Source of the DNA: an uncultured virus (IMG/VR IMGVR_UViG_3300044612_002375)
Taxonomy: Duplodnaviria > Heunggongvirae > Uroviricota > Caudoviricetes
Virus record (IMG/VR): IMGVR_UViG_3300044612_002375
DNA length: 64,000 nucleotides
Reading direction: 5' to 3' (one strand)
Shown: one piece after another, positions 1 to 9,165 of the stretch
Position numbering within the stretch: the stretch's first letter is position 1
Layout: the number at the start of each line of letters is the position of its first letter
Notes under the pieces: generated by a model
What the model was told of the DNA's origin: nothing
The model's input: only the letters and a program-made list of their open reading frames with translations
Databases searched by the model: none
Position numbers and translations under genes: made by a program

Positions 1-1399
1 CCCCAGCGCTATTTACTGAGGTAGTTAATACCCCAGTTGCATTAAAAGTAATACCGGTTATTGCATATCCTTCATGTGGTGGTCCATAGGAACCAGTATT
101 TCCAGCAGCAGGAGTTGCAGAAATTTGTCTAGCTACACCAGTATCTACTATTGGCGCACTTGCCCACAAGTCGTGTTCAACCGAATATTGATACAGTGCT
201 GATGAAGCGTTTCCAGCAAGCCACATTTTGTCGGTATCTCCGTATATTTCATAACCTGATGTGTTATCTGGAGTAATATCCCATTTCTTTTCAACATAAA
301 AAGTATCTGCTGTGTTTGCAGCAATTCTTCTTCGTTGTCCAATTCCTTTACCAGAAACAATTCTCAACTGATAATTTGTATAACGGTCGTATGCATAAGT
401 TGCTCCGCTTTGAACCAATGTTTTTGCAGCAGCAGAAGAAGCAGTCACACCGCTAATAAATGCTCCACTTGGTTCACCTGTTCTGTCAATTGCAAAATCC
501 GTACCTAAGGCAGCAGTATGATGCATTGGACCGGAAGGGGTTTTTGTGAACCAAGAGTCCAAAAGAATATCATAATATTGAAACGCAGCAAATGGTGTGG
601 ATGAAGCTGCTGTCATCAGCCAAATTCCACCCGTCATTATTTGGTATATTGAACTTTCATCGGGAGTAACCGTCCAAGATGAATCTACAGTCAAGACACT
701 GGATTCAATCACAAAGTTAGTTGCCGGTGCGGAGGCAGATGGTGCTGCAAAGGGGCTTCCAGAAACGGAAGAAAAAGTAGTATTATTAAAAGAATCTACT
801 GCTTGATGATTGGTATCTGCAAATGTCAGAGTGGTTGTATCATTGTAAAGAATTCTTCTTACTTGAGACTGACCATTGTTGAATATCAAACGACAGTTAT
901 AACCGTCCCATTGATTAACTCTCCATTTTTTGGTAGAGTCACCGATTTGAAATGGGCTGGAAGTTGTTGCCGATGTTGCCAAACCATTGTCGTGAATCAC
1001 TCCATCCGAGCAAGCAGTAATTGTTCTTTCTTGTCCTGCGCCAGTACCATAAAGAATTCTAATTTTACTTCCTACACAAATATTTCCCAGTCTACCAAGT
1101 CCACCAATTGTTATGGTAGTGGAAGTTGCGCTGATTGTATGTCCTCTGCTTCCAATGTATGAAGCATATTTTCCGGCAACGGCGGTGGCAGGAGCAATAT
1201 TTGGTGGAGCACATTCTTGCCATGAATCACTATAGGTATCATATCGCCACATTGTCTGACCGACAATGTAGTACATATATCGCGCACTGGCATCAGAGGC
1301 CATCAAAGTAGCGGTGCTGCTTGTTGCTGTAGGAGCAAAACGCATCCATTCGAATACGGGTTGATCAACTTGTGATTTTAAAAGATTTGTTACTGGCAT
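1..1399 (-). CDS. Virion/tail-associated protein with Kelch-like and repeated beta modules (runs off left edge; missing from ORF track)
   Basis: ATG at 1399 (MPVTNLLKSQVDQPVFEWMRFAP...), frame open to position 1; Kelch-like WRYDTYSDSW / YYDILLDSW / YSVEHDLW and repeated RI..GxGxGQxRxI segments. Confidence 0.75.
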   Translation of the reverse strand, partial: MPVTNLLKSQVDQPVFEWMRFAPTATSSTATLMASDASARYMYYIVGQTMWRYDTYSDSWQECAPPNIAPATAVAGKYASYIGSRGHTISATSTTITIGGLGRLGNICVGSKIRILYGTGAGQERTITACSDGVIHDNGLATSATTSSPFQIGDSTKKWRVNQWDGYNCRLIFNNGQSQVRRILYNDTTTLTFADTNHQAVDSFNNTTFSSVSGSPFAAPSASAPATNFVIESSVLTVDSSWTVTPDESSIYQIMTGGIWLMTAASSTPFAAFQYYDILLDSWFTKTPSGPMHHTAALGTDFAIDRTGEPSGAFISGVTASSAAAKTLVQSGATYAYDRYTNYQLRIVSGKGIGQRRRIAANTADTFYVEKKWDITPDNTSGYEIYGDTDKMWLAGNASSALYQYSVEHDLWASAPIVDTGVARQISATPAAGNTGSYGPPHEGYAITGITFNATGVLTTSVNSAG

Positions 1400-1411
1400 A
1401 ATATTTTCCTA

Positions 1412-2035
1412 TTAACTGAATGATAATTTAGAACGAATTGCTTGAGCATAACAAGCTTGAGCATCATTGGCTACACGCCACAATTGATGAAGTGGACCTT
1501 CTGAAACCAATCCTACTACCTGTGATGTCGATAGAGTATATGGATTTCCTGCTGAGTTGTTGAATGTTGTAGCGGTTACAGCATTGTTCACATTTGCGGT
1601 AACTGTTCCCGAAACAGGAATAGTGCCGTTAACTTCAGTGGAGATGGCTGTATTATTTGTTCCAATGGCTTCAATCGTAACTCTTTGTCGAAGTTTGCTA
1701 TCTACAACAGCATTGCTTTCAAGCAATTTATTCATGCGGCGAAGAAGTGTTGCTAGACTTTCTTCATAACTCTCAACATCAATGTAAATTTGCAATGCAT
1801 CAGTTGCATTCATAGATGCTGTATTATAATCTAAAGTCAACACATTGTTGGCAAAACTTACTGCACCATTGGTTGAATCAGCAAAATTATAAATTATTGT
1901 GTTTGCTGTGGTGTTTGTGATGAGAAGAATATTTGCAAGTGTAATAGTATATTGAAGACCCGTAAAAGTTACCGTATTGGCTGCTGGATTAAAGATGTAT
2001 CCACCTACTATATCTGTTCCGACTAATCTTTTCAT
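1412..2035 (-). CDS. Putative virion structural protein
   Basis: 207-aa Thr/Asn-rich ORF with TATAAATA late promoter (2049-2056) and AAGGA SD upstream; fibre-gene context. Confidence 0.6.
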   Translation of the reverse strand: MKRLVGTDIVGGYIFNPAANTVTFTGLQYTITLANILLITNTTANTIIYNFADSTNGAVSFANNVLTLDYNTASMNATDALQIYIDVESYEESLATLLRRMNKLLESNAVVDSKLRQRVTIEAIGTNNTAISTEVNGTIPVSGTVTANVNNAVTATTFNNSAGNPYTLSTSQVVGLVSEGPLHQLWRVANDAQACYAQAIRSKLSFS

Positions 2036-2051
2036 TTGTGTTCCTTTATAT

Positions 2052-2576
2052 TTATAACACCGTTGCCATTGCTATTACAAACGCAGCATCTACCCCACCG
2101 GCACCAGTAGCACCAGTGTTTCCTTGAATACCTTGAGAACCAGTAGCACCAGTGGCACCAGTATTTCCTGCATTTCCTTGTGGACCAGCGCCACCAAATT
2201 CTACCCAAATATTAGAGGCACCATCTGTTACAGCTGTTAGTAGTTTTCCGGTTCCAGTATCATACCAACGATCACCTGCGGTAGGACCCGTTGTTGCTGT
2301 AGTACCTTGAATAAAATCATAATAAGTTCCACCACCACCACCACCACCGCCTCCACCAGTGTAGGCAATTGTTAGAGTATTACCTGTTGGTGTGACAGAT
2401 ATAGAAGTTCCTCCAGCAACATTTACACCACCAGAAAGACCATTTAAAGTAGCAACATATGTACTAATTGATCCCGATGTGGTTTTATCCCATGCAACAC
2501 CATTATATGTCCAAAGAATACCACCATATGAATATGTTACGCCAGCAGAAGGGGATGGGGGGAAATCAATAGGCAT
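2052..2576 (-). CDS. Short fibre/decoration protein with poly-Gly and collagen-like tail
   Basis: MPIDFPPSPSAG..WTYNGVAW N-terminal module, poly-Gly, GDRWYDTGTG module, C-terminal G-x-y repeats. Confidence 0.7.
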   Translation of the reverse strand: MPIDFPPSPSAGVTYSYGGILWTYNGVAWDKTTSGSISTYVATLNGLSGGVNVAGGTSISVTPTGNTLTIAYTGGGGGGGGGGTYYDFIQGTTATTGPTAGDRWYDTGTGKLLTAVTDGASNIWVEFGGAGPQGNAGNTGATGATGSQGIQGNTGATGAGGVDAAFVIAMATVL

Positions 2577-2593
2577 TGTTCTTAATATTTATG

Positions 2594-4288
2594 TTAGAGT
2601 TGAACCCAAATAAAGCCTGATGCGCCTGTTATGGCTGTATATAAAATTCCAGTATTTGTATTAAACCAACGGTCTCCGGGTATATGGATAGATGGAGCTG
2701 AAATGGCTTCTGTAAATTTTGGAGATGCCGTACCTTGTGTGCTACCATCGACAAATTGAATATAAGATGGGCTACCGCCTGCTCCTGTTAATTCTACTAC
2801 AGAAGGAATTTGTAAAGCAGAAGTTGCAATATCATACTTAAATGATGGAATTGCTTGCAGATCACCACTAACATCATTTGAAGTAAACTGAATGGATCCG
2901 GGGGTAGATTTTACAGTTATTAAATTGGTTACAGTAACTTCACCAAGACCAGTAGAAGGGCTTAATGTAATTCCGGCCCCAGCAACTAATTTTGTTACTG
3001 CGCCTTCCCCACCACCACCCGAAATATTAACAGTAAGATTCTGACCACTGGAAGTAACATTTACTCCAGCACCAGTAAAATTAATATTTCCAACATACTT
3101 GGAAATTCTCTGACCATTGAATAGTGCTGCAAGCCCACCACCACCGGGAACAGAAAGTTTTCCAATATAATCTATGATCTTTTGTGTATCTGCACCTTTA
3201 AACTTACCAAGAATTTTATCAATGTGTTTGGCATCTAAAGAAATTTTATTATCTTTAAGTACTAAAGGATATTCAACATCTACTACTGTAGACTGTCCAT
3301 CTTGTCCTGCAGGACCTACTGGGCCTGCTTCTCCTCTTGGTCCAGCAGGACCTTGAGGGCCCACAGGTCCTCTATTACCTTGATCTCCTTTTTCTCCACG
3401 CGGACCTTGCGGTCCCACGGAGCCTTGAGGTCCAATCTTACCTTCAATTCCATCTTTACCGGGTATTCCTTGGTCACCTTTTGGGCCTTGAATGCCTTGT
3501 AGACCTTGTGGACCAACCAATCCTTGATCGCCCTTATCGCCTTTCTCACCCTTCTCTCCTTGTTTTCCTTTTGGACCTTGGATTCCTTGGAAACCAGGTT
3601 CACCCTGATCTCCCTTTTCTCCTTGATCGCCTTGAATACCTTGAACACCATCTTTACCTTGTTCACCTCTTGGACCCTGTGGGCCCATTGGTCCGGGTTC
3701 ACCTTGTGGACCTTGCAGACCAATTTCTCCTCGTAGACCCTGTTGTCCAATTACTGGAGTAGTTTGCTTTATAATAGTTCTTTCAACTATTTCAATCTTT
3801 GGTGGAACAGGTGGCTTTGAAGCAATGACTGGCTTTGGCTGAACAGGAACAACTTCCTCCAACAAATTTTTAATTTGATTGGAGTTACCATAAAGTTTTA
3901 TAACTTTATCATTATTGTTCTGTATAAAATAGTGTTCAGAAACACCATGCCCAAGTTGGAACTTTTCATCATACTGGCATGCTGTTATTTCTTTTAACAG
4001 AACATTCTGGAATAATGGCCCGAAAGGACGTTTTACCTTAAATATTTTTCCACTAGAGGCAGAATAAGTTTTGGTTGGTTCAAAGTATTCTTTTATCTTT
4101 ACTGAATTTCCTTCAATAAGATACTCTTCACCATCAGTGCTACGAAGAAGCAATTTAGTAATTCCAGAACCAATCTTTACTTTAGTTGGGTTAATTGTCG
4201 ATTCTACAATTATAAATTCACAACCTTGTGGCAGTTCTGGGTGCCATTTGGTTAATTTTAATGATGTTTTGTTCTTTCCAAAGAACAT
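2594..4288 (-). CDS. Collagen triple-helix repeat fibre protein
   Basis: Long uninterrupted Gly-X-Y tract (GPQGEPGPMGPQGPRG...) flanked by globular domains. Confidence 0.85.
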   Translation of the reverse strand: MFFGKNKTSLKLTKWHPELPQGCEFIIVESTINPTKVKIGSGITKLLLRSTDGEEYLIEGNSVKIKEYFEPTKTYSASSGKIFKVKRPFGPLFQNVLLKEITACQYDEKFQLGHGVSEHYFIQNNNDKVIKLYGNSNQIKNLLEEVVPVQPKPVIASKPPVPPKIEIVERTIIKQTTPVIGQQGLRGEIGLQGPQGEPGPMGPQGPRGEQGKDGVQGIQGDQGEKGDQGEPGFQGIQGPKGKQGEKGEKGDKGDQGLVGPQGLQGIQGPKGDQGIPGKDGIEGKIGPQGSVGPQGPRGEKGDQGNRGPVGPQGPAGPRGEAGPVGPAGQDGQSTVVDVEYPLVLKDNKISLDAKHIDKILGKFKGADTQKIIDYIGKLSVPGGGGLAALFNGQRISKYVGNINFTGAGVNVTSSGQNLTVNISGGGGEGAVTKLVAGAGITLSPSTGLGEVTVTNLITVKSTPGSIQFTSNDVSGDLQAIPSFKYDIATSALQIPSVVELTGAGGSPSYIQFVDGSTQGTASPKFTEAISAPSIHIPGDRWFNTNTGILYTAITGASGFIWVQL

Positions 4289-4297
4289 CTATTGTAT

Positions 4298-5683
4298 TTA
4301 GACGTATCCTGAAAGAGGTGCTCTTCTCCAAGAATTTCCTACAGCACAAACATATAGGAAATCATTGTCCCAAGCAATGGATCCAGTAACTCCAGCTGAA
4401 GTGCTTGTAGCTGGTGCAGATGCAGGATTTAATACTATTCTATTTCGAACATGTAGTTCACCAAGAGGAGTAGTTACGCCACCAATACCAACATATCCAG
4501 CACAACTTCCGGTAATCCATGCCGTTTTACCAGATCCTATTAATAATTGAGTGTGTCCCAGTGCTTGATTTTCTGCAATAGCAACATTATCTAATTCACT
4601 ATTAGAAGGTTCATATGCAGAAGCGATTATAACTGAATTATTCAATCCCAGTTGGGTATTATTATTAAATGCATTTAAAAATTTTAATGGTTGATATCCT
4701 ATAATTATATTATTTGATGTTGAGGCACATGTGCTACCTTCACCACTATTATTGCTCAGTGCCTCAGAACCAATTATAACGTTATTTATTGCAGTTACAC
4801 CAGAACCAGCTAACGCTCGATAACCAAAAATTGCTGAATTATCAATCCTGTTAGTTCCAACATTTCCTATATTTGTTCCAAATGCTGTTAAGTTATCAGC
4901 AGAAGATACACCCATACATATATTTTTTCCTACTAGTGTTATATTAGCATCTGGAGCACTAATAGCATTTAAATTATCCATACCAAATACGGTGATGTTA
5001 TTTGTTTGAATTAATTTTTGTAAATTTCTATTACCAACAACTACACTTCCAGTAGTAGGTAAACCACTAGTTAAAAGAACTGTATTTAAATTAGATCCAC
5101 CTACATTAATACAATCATCTGTACTCTTTATATACCAAGTATTTCCAAGTAATATTCTTCCTCCAGCTGCCGTAGCTGTATTTACACTTAATACTGAATT
5201 AAACGTTGGATTATAGTTGTCTGGTTGTCCAGCGGCATTAAAAAGATTATTAAGTACAAGAGAACCGGTTAGGAATGAACCAGTAAGACCGAATTCGGGT
5301 ATAAATGCTCCACTAGAAGAAATGCCGTTGGTAAAAGTTTGTAAAGGACCAAAAATATTTGCTACACCAGTAGTTACACCAGTTACATTTCCAGTCAATC
5401 CATTCCATGTACAAACACCTTGAACATTACCTGTATTGCCGTTATATGACGATACACCTCCAATTGAAGATACTGTAACTGTATTTCCTATTGTACCTAA
5501 TGTAATGTTAGAGCCAGCCGATAAAATAATACTTCCGGTTAAACCATTCCACGTACAGACACCTTGCAAAGCACCTGTTTTACCATTGATAGAAATGGTC
5601 CCATCTGCATTAGAACCCGCAGGTCCAGGTGTTCCGGCTACTCCAAATGGTTGTGTATATACTGTTACGTTAAATTCTGCCAT
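4298..5683 (-). CDS. Tail fibre-like protein
   Basis: QGVCTWNGLTG repeats, NxxIG beta-helix-like repeats, C-terminal GSIAWDNDFLYVC..NSWRR fibre motif. Confidence 0.7.
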   Translation of the reverse strand: MAEFNVTVYTQPFGVAGTPGPAGSNADGTISINGKTGALQGVCTWNGLTGSIILSAGSNITLGTIGNTVTVSSIGGVSSYNGNTGNVQGVCTWNGLTGNVTGVTTGVANIFGPLQTFTNGISSSGAFIPEFGLTGSFLTGSLVLNNLFNAAGQPDNYNPTFNSVLSVNTATAAGGRILLGNTWYIKSTDDCINVGGSNLNTVLLTSGLPTTGSVVVGNRNLQKLIQTNNITVFGMDNLNAISAPDANITLVGKNICMGVSSADNLTAFGTNIGNVGTNRIDNSAIFGYRALAGSGVTAINNVIIGSEALSNNSGEGSTCASTSNNIIIGYQPLKFLNAFNNNTQLGLNNSVIIASAYEPSNSELDNVAIAENQALGHTQLLIGSGKTAWITGSCAGYVGIGGVTTPLGELHVRNRIVLNPASAPATSTSAGVTGSIAWDNDFLYVCAVGNSWRRAPLSGYV

Positions 5684-5686
5684 GTG

Positions 5687-6082
5687 TTATCCTCGTGTTA
5701 CGTCTGGTACTACGTCTATCTTTCCCCGTAAAATTGTTTCTACACCTATTGGGTTTATGGTTTGTGCCTGCACATCGTAAAATACTGGTGTATATGGAGG
5801 AAAAGAAGTGGTATAGGTAGAACCAACCGTTATTGCCACAAATCCACCAGTTCCCGTTGCAGATATACCACCTACAATTCCTTCTGGTTGATAAAAAGTA
5901 TTGCCAGAATTAATATATGTACTATAACTTGCAAAAACTTTTGCAGAATAATAACCTTTACGAACTTGCATTGATAGAGTACAACCAGTAAAATTATATG
6001 TGCCACCAGTTACTCCGGTGACAGAAAATACCCATCTCAGACTATCTCCAACAACAACTGTTTGGTCGTAAATGTTAGACAT
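5687..6082 (-). CDS. Small beta-sandwich virion/fibre adaptor protein
   Basis: YNFTGCTLSMQVRK...YDVQ...ILRGKIDVVPDVTR pattern typical of phage fibre-associated adaptor proteins; GGAG SD. Confidence 0.55.
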   Translation of the reverse strand: MSNIYDQTVVVGDSLRWVFSVTGVTGGTYNFTGCTLSMQVRKGYYSAKVFASYSTYINSGNTFYQPEGIVGGISATGTGGFVAITVGSTYTTSFPPYTPVFYDVQAQTINPIGVETILRGKIDVVPDVTRG

Positions 6083-6094
6083 GTAGGCTCCAAA

Positions 6095-6123
6095 AAATAA
6101 TAACCTATTAAAGGTTATTATTT
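6095..6123 (-). terminator. 12-bp AT-rich hairpin followed by U-run (possible terminator or leader hairpin)
   Basis: AAATAATAACCT-5nt-AGGTTATTATTT perfect inverted repeat between GT2-TPR and fibre genes. Confidence 0.45.
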
Positions 6124-6147
6124 ACAAATATTTATGATTTGCGGCAA

Positions 6148-7380
6148 TTAGAGTTTTACAGCTAAATTTTCTGGACTAATCTTTAAAGTTGTTTTTGGTT
6201 CAGGAATTTTTACTGTTTGCATATTGGCTAAAGTCTGTGCCTGTTGGGCATTTATTTGACCTTGAATCTGGGCAATTGCATTGATATAAGCATTTTTATT
6301 ATTTTCTACTCTTGGACGGTGTTCTTCTGGAAGATATGGTTCCGAAAGAAGTTTTTCACAAGCAGCCAATCCCATGTGATACTTTCCAACATAGAATGCA
6401 GTTGTAGCGACTTCATCTAATAGACCCCATCTATAGTTTGCCATATCTACGAATAGAATGTCATTTTGTGGGGGTGGGATTGTTAGTCCCATGGATGCAA
6501 CTAGGAATGCATTTCTTGGACGCCCATATTTTCTATAAATGCAGGACAAATGATACAAAGATTCTGCTCGATCTGGCTTTGTTTCATATGCGCGCATCAT
6601 GGCATCTGTAATCATTTCAATTGGCTTTTCAAGGATTGTACGACACATACCTACTCTAAGCCAAGAAAAATAAACTTCTTCTGCCCAAGATTCTAGTTCT
6701 GTTCTTTTGATATACTCTTGTTCAGCAATATCAAACATTCTGGAATCAAATGCAGATTGTGCTGCATAAAATTGTTTTCTTGGTTGTTTTGGATCTTCTG
6801 CAAGATACTTCTTTAGAATTTCATAGTCATTCTTATATTTTTCAATATCATTGCCAAATTGTCGAGAACGGCAACCTTCAGTACGAACATCCCAAGCATA
6901 GTCGCCTTCTAATTTTTGAACATTCATTGGTTGACGACAGATGGCATATTCATGGAGAGGTTCTTCATACCACCACTTTGTCTTTCCAATATTAAACAAT
7001 TGTGCGCGATACCATACGAACTCACCGCGTTGAATCTTTACAACGTAACCATCCAATTCGTCATTGAACTTTTCAACAGGAAGAGTTCCAGAGATCATAT
7101 CATCGGCATCGATCATCAGTGCCCATTGTGCTTTGCCTTCACACGCTTCGATAGCCAAAGAACGGTTATGACCAAAGTCTTTCCATTCATGGTCTAGAAT
7201 CTCTCCGGGAATTCCCTTGGAATCAAAGAAACTCTTTATAATTTCCTTGGTATTATCTGTCGATCCTGTATCACAGATTACATAATAGTTAATGAATGGG
7301 GCAACAGATTCAAGACAACGCTGAATATTTGGAGCCTCGTTTTTGACGATCATCGATAAAGCTAACTTGTGCATTTTCAT
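6148..7380 (-). CDS. GT2 glycosyltransferase with C-terminal TPR repeats (SunS/GmaR-like architecture)
   Basis: LSMIVKNEA..CLESV..VICDTGSTDNT..WKDFGHNR..MIDADD..LHE motifs, then helical TPR-like repeats. Confidence 0.85.
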   Translation of the reverse strand: MKMHKLALSMIVKNEAPNIQRCLESVAPFINYYVICDTGSTDNTKEIIKSFFDSKGIPGEILDHEWKDFGHNRSLAIEACEGKAQWALMIDADDMISGTLPVEKFNDELDGYVVKIQRGEFVWYRAQLFNIGKTKWWYEEPLHEYAICRQPMNVQKLEGDYAWDVRTEGCRSRQFGNDIEKYKNDYEILKKYLAEDPKQPRKQFYAAQSAFDSRMFDIAEQEYIKRTELESWAEEVYFSWLRVGMCRTILEKPIEMITDAMMRAYETKPDRAESLYHLSCIYRKYGRPRNAFLVASMGLTIPPPQNDILFVDMANYRWGLLDEVATTAFYVGKYHMGLAACEKLLSEPYLPEEHRPRVENNKNAYINAIAQIQGQINAQQAQTLANMQTVKIPEPKTTLKISPENLAVKL

Positions 7381-7382
7381 CC

Positions 7383-7808
7383 TTATGAATTAAAAAATCT
7401 ACGTAATGATCCGGGATTAAACTTTGGAATAAGTTCCCAGTCATCTCTTTCACCATATTTAATTATCTTCAAACCATTGATAGGCATTTTGTCTGCTGTT
7501 TTTTCTTTATCAATGATTTCAAGCAGTTCCCATTCTTCAAGCAATTGAATAATGGCATTTCTTCGTTTAATGTCTTCTTCAGATACATTTGACGGCAAAC
7601 CATCAAGTGCAAATAATTCTTTAAAGTGTGCAACTATATACACTCCATTTTTATGAATTAAATGACATGATTGATATAATACTTTTTTACCTTTTGGTGA
7701 TACCCCTATACGAGATAAAGTTTCACGGACAACCATGAAATCTTCTTCATCAAATAGTTTTATATGTACACCAACATTATTAAAAATTTTATCCGAAGCT
7801 TCTGACAT
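7383..7808 (-). CDS. regA: Translational repressor RegA
   Basis: DFMVVRETLSRIG..LYQSCHLIHK..YIVAHFKELFALDG..RRNAI..LLEEW signature; downstream of gp62. Confidence 0.95.
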   Translation of the reverse strand: MSEASDKIFNNVGVHIKLFDEEDFMVVRETLSRIGVSPKGKKVLYQSCHLIHKNGVYIVAHFKELFALDGLPSNVSEEDIKRRNAIIQLLEEWELLEIIDKEKTADKMPINGLKIIKYGERDDWELIPKFNPGSLRRFFNS

Positions 7809-7820
7809 ATCACACCCTTA

Positions 7821-8222
7821 TTAAGATTTTGGACCACCTGTATCTAAGGATTTTTTTATTTTATCCAGATCCTCGGGTCCAAGAATATTTAGGACTTCCC
7901 TAGCCTTGGATTCTGTGTATCCATATGCTTCTCGAATAAGAGATATATCGTCTTCTGGTTCTTTCTTTGTCCAAGGAGAAAAACGCTTCTTTTTACGAAT
8001 GCCAAGTCTATGAAAGTCAAACTGGCTCTTGTTGTCGAGCCATGGTACACAATTCATTTCATTGGCATGAAAGATCGTATCAGGGAAATACGATAAACAT
8101 CGATTTACAACAAATGGTTTATAAAGTCGAACATCAGCCTCGTCCTTGTCAAGTAGAGCTTTTTTTTCGTGATTGATGCTTGCAAGAAAGTCTTTAAGTT
8201 TTAGCTCTTCGGGCTTCATCAA
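7821..8222 (-). CDS. gp62: Clamp loader small subunit (T4 gp62)
   Basis: YKPFVVNRCLSYFPDTI..ANEMN..RKKKRFSPW; position after gp44. Confidence 0.92.
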   Translation of the reverse strand: MMKPEELKLKDFLASINHEKKALLDKDEADVRLYKPFVVNRCLSYFPDTIFHANEMNCVPWLDNKSQFDFHRLGIRKKKRFSPWTKKEPEDDISLIREAYGYTESKAREVLNILGPEDLDKIKKSLDTGGPKS

Positions 8223-9163
8223 TTAAACTCACAGTCCATCATAAGTTGCACGATAAGAGCCATTGTATTTATTTCCTGATCTGCTGCAAAGCCAGACTTA
8301 TATTGATATTCAGCAATAATAAGAATGGCCTGTGGAATAGAATTGGGCTTCAATGCTGTGTATAGTTCTGTATACAGACGCTTATAGAAGTCTGCTGTAT
8401 TCAGATCCAAGTTTTGAATCACCCACTTACGGCAAGATGTGAAGTCCTTTGCTTTCATGAAGCCAAGAAGTTCCTTATAGGACTCACTGCTTCCCTGAGC
8501 CAAAATACCAACATCAATCTTTCCAGAAGATGCATATTTCTGCAACTCATTGAGGATTCTACGAATGTCTGGAAAATGCTTCTTTACCAGATTAGAAAGA
8601 ACTTGAGTGTCATAGGGAATCTTTTCGTTATTGAGAATGTATTCAATACGCTTGAGGATTCCTACTGCAACCTGAGCCTTCTCAGCACTTGGAACGGTAA
8701 AGTCAATTCCAGTGCACCGAGAATGCAGAGCATCAATGATCCGATTTTTATAGTTGCAAGTCATGACGAATCTGCAGTTATTTGCAAATTCCTCTATGGC
8801 TCCACGCAATGCTGGCTGAATAGACTGTGCATTAGAATAGTCAAACTCGTCCAGAATTACAATCTTAAGTCCACCGTTAAGTGAAACTGTAGAACAATAA
8901 TTACGAATCTTTGTCCGAAGAGTATCAATACCATTCTCTTCAGAGCAGTTGATTATAATGCTGTCGGCACCCAAATCATTCGCCAAGGCACGGGCAACCG
9001 TAGTTTTGCCCGTGCCTGCCTTGCCGTATAGCATCATGTTTGGAATCGTACCTTCCTTGATCATGCCGTTGAACACAGTGGCAAGATCGATAGGAAGAAT
9101 GCAATCGGACAGTGTTTTGGGGCGATACTTTTCGACCCAAAGTAGATTAGTCACATCAGACAC
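8219..9163 (-). CDS. gp44: Clamp loader AAA+ subunit (T4 gp44)
   Basis: LWVEKYRP, Walker A GKAGTGKTT, ILDEFD, SRC motif. Confidence 0.96.
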   Translation of the reverse strand: MSDVTNLLWVEKYRPKTLSDCILPIDLATVFNGMIKEGTIPNMMLYGKAGTGKTTVARALANDLGADSIIINCSEENGIDTLRTKIRNYCSTVSLNGGLKIVILDEFDYSNAQSIQPALRGAIEEFANNCRFVMTCNYKNRIIDALHSRCTGIDFTVPSAEKAQVAVGILKRIEYILNNEKIPYDTQVLSNLVKKHFPDIRRILNELQKYASSGKIDVGILAQGSSESYKELLGFMKAKDFTSCRKWVIQNLDLNTADFYKRLYTELYTALKPNSIPQAILIIAEYQYKSGFAADQEINTMALIVQLMMDCEFN

Positions 9164-9165
9164 GA

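Noticed and set aside
148..1293. Short ORF-track calls at 148-360, 597-806, 803-1162 and 1111-1293
   Set aside because: They are shadows of the long open minus-strand frame 1-1399.
3174..3762. Cluster of overlapping alternative-frame ORFs
   Set aside because: Artefact of the Gly-X-Y collagen codon periodicity in 2594-4288.
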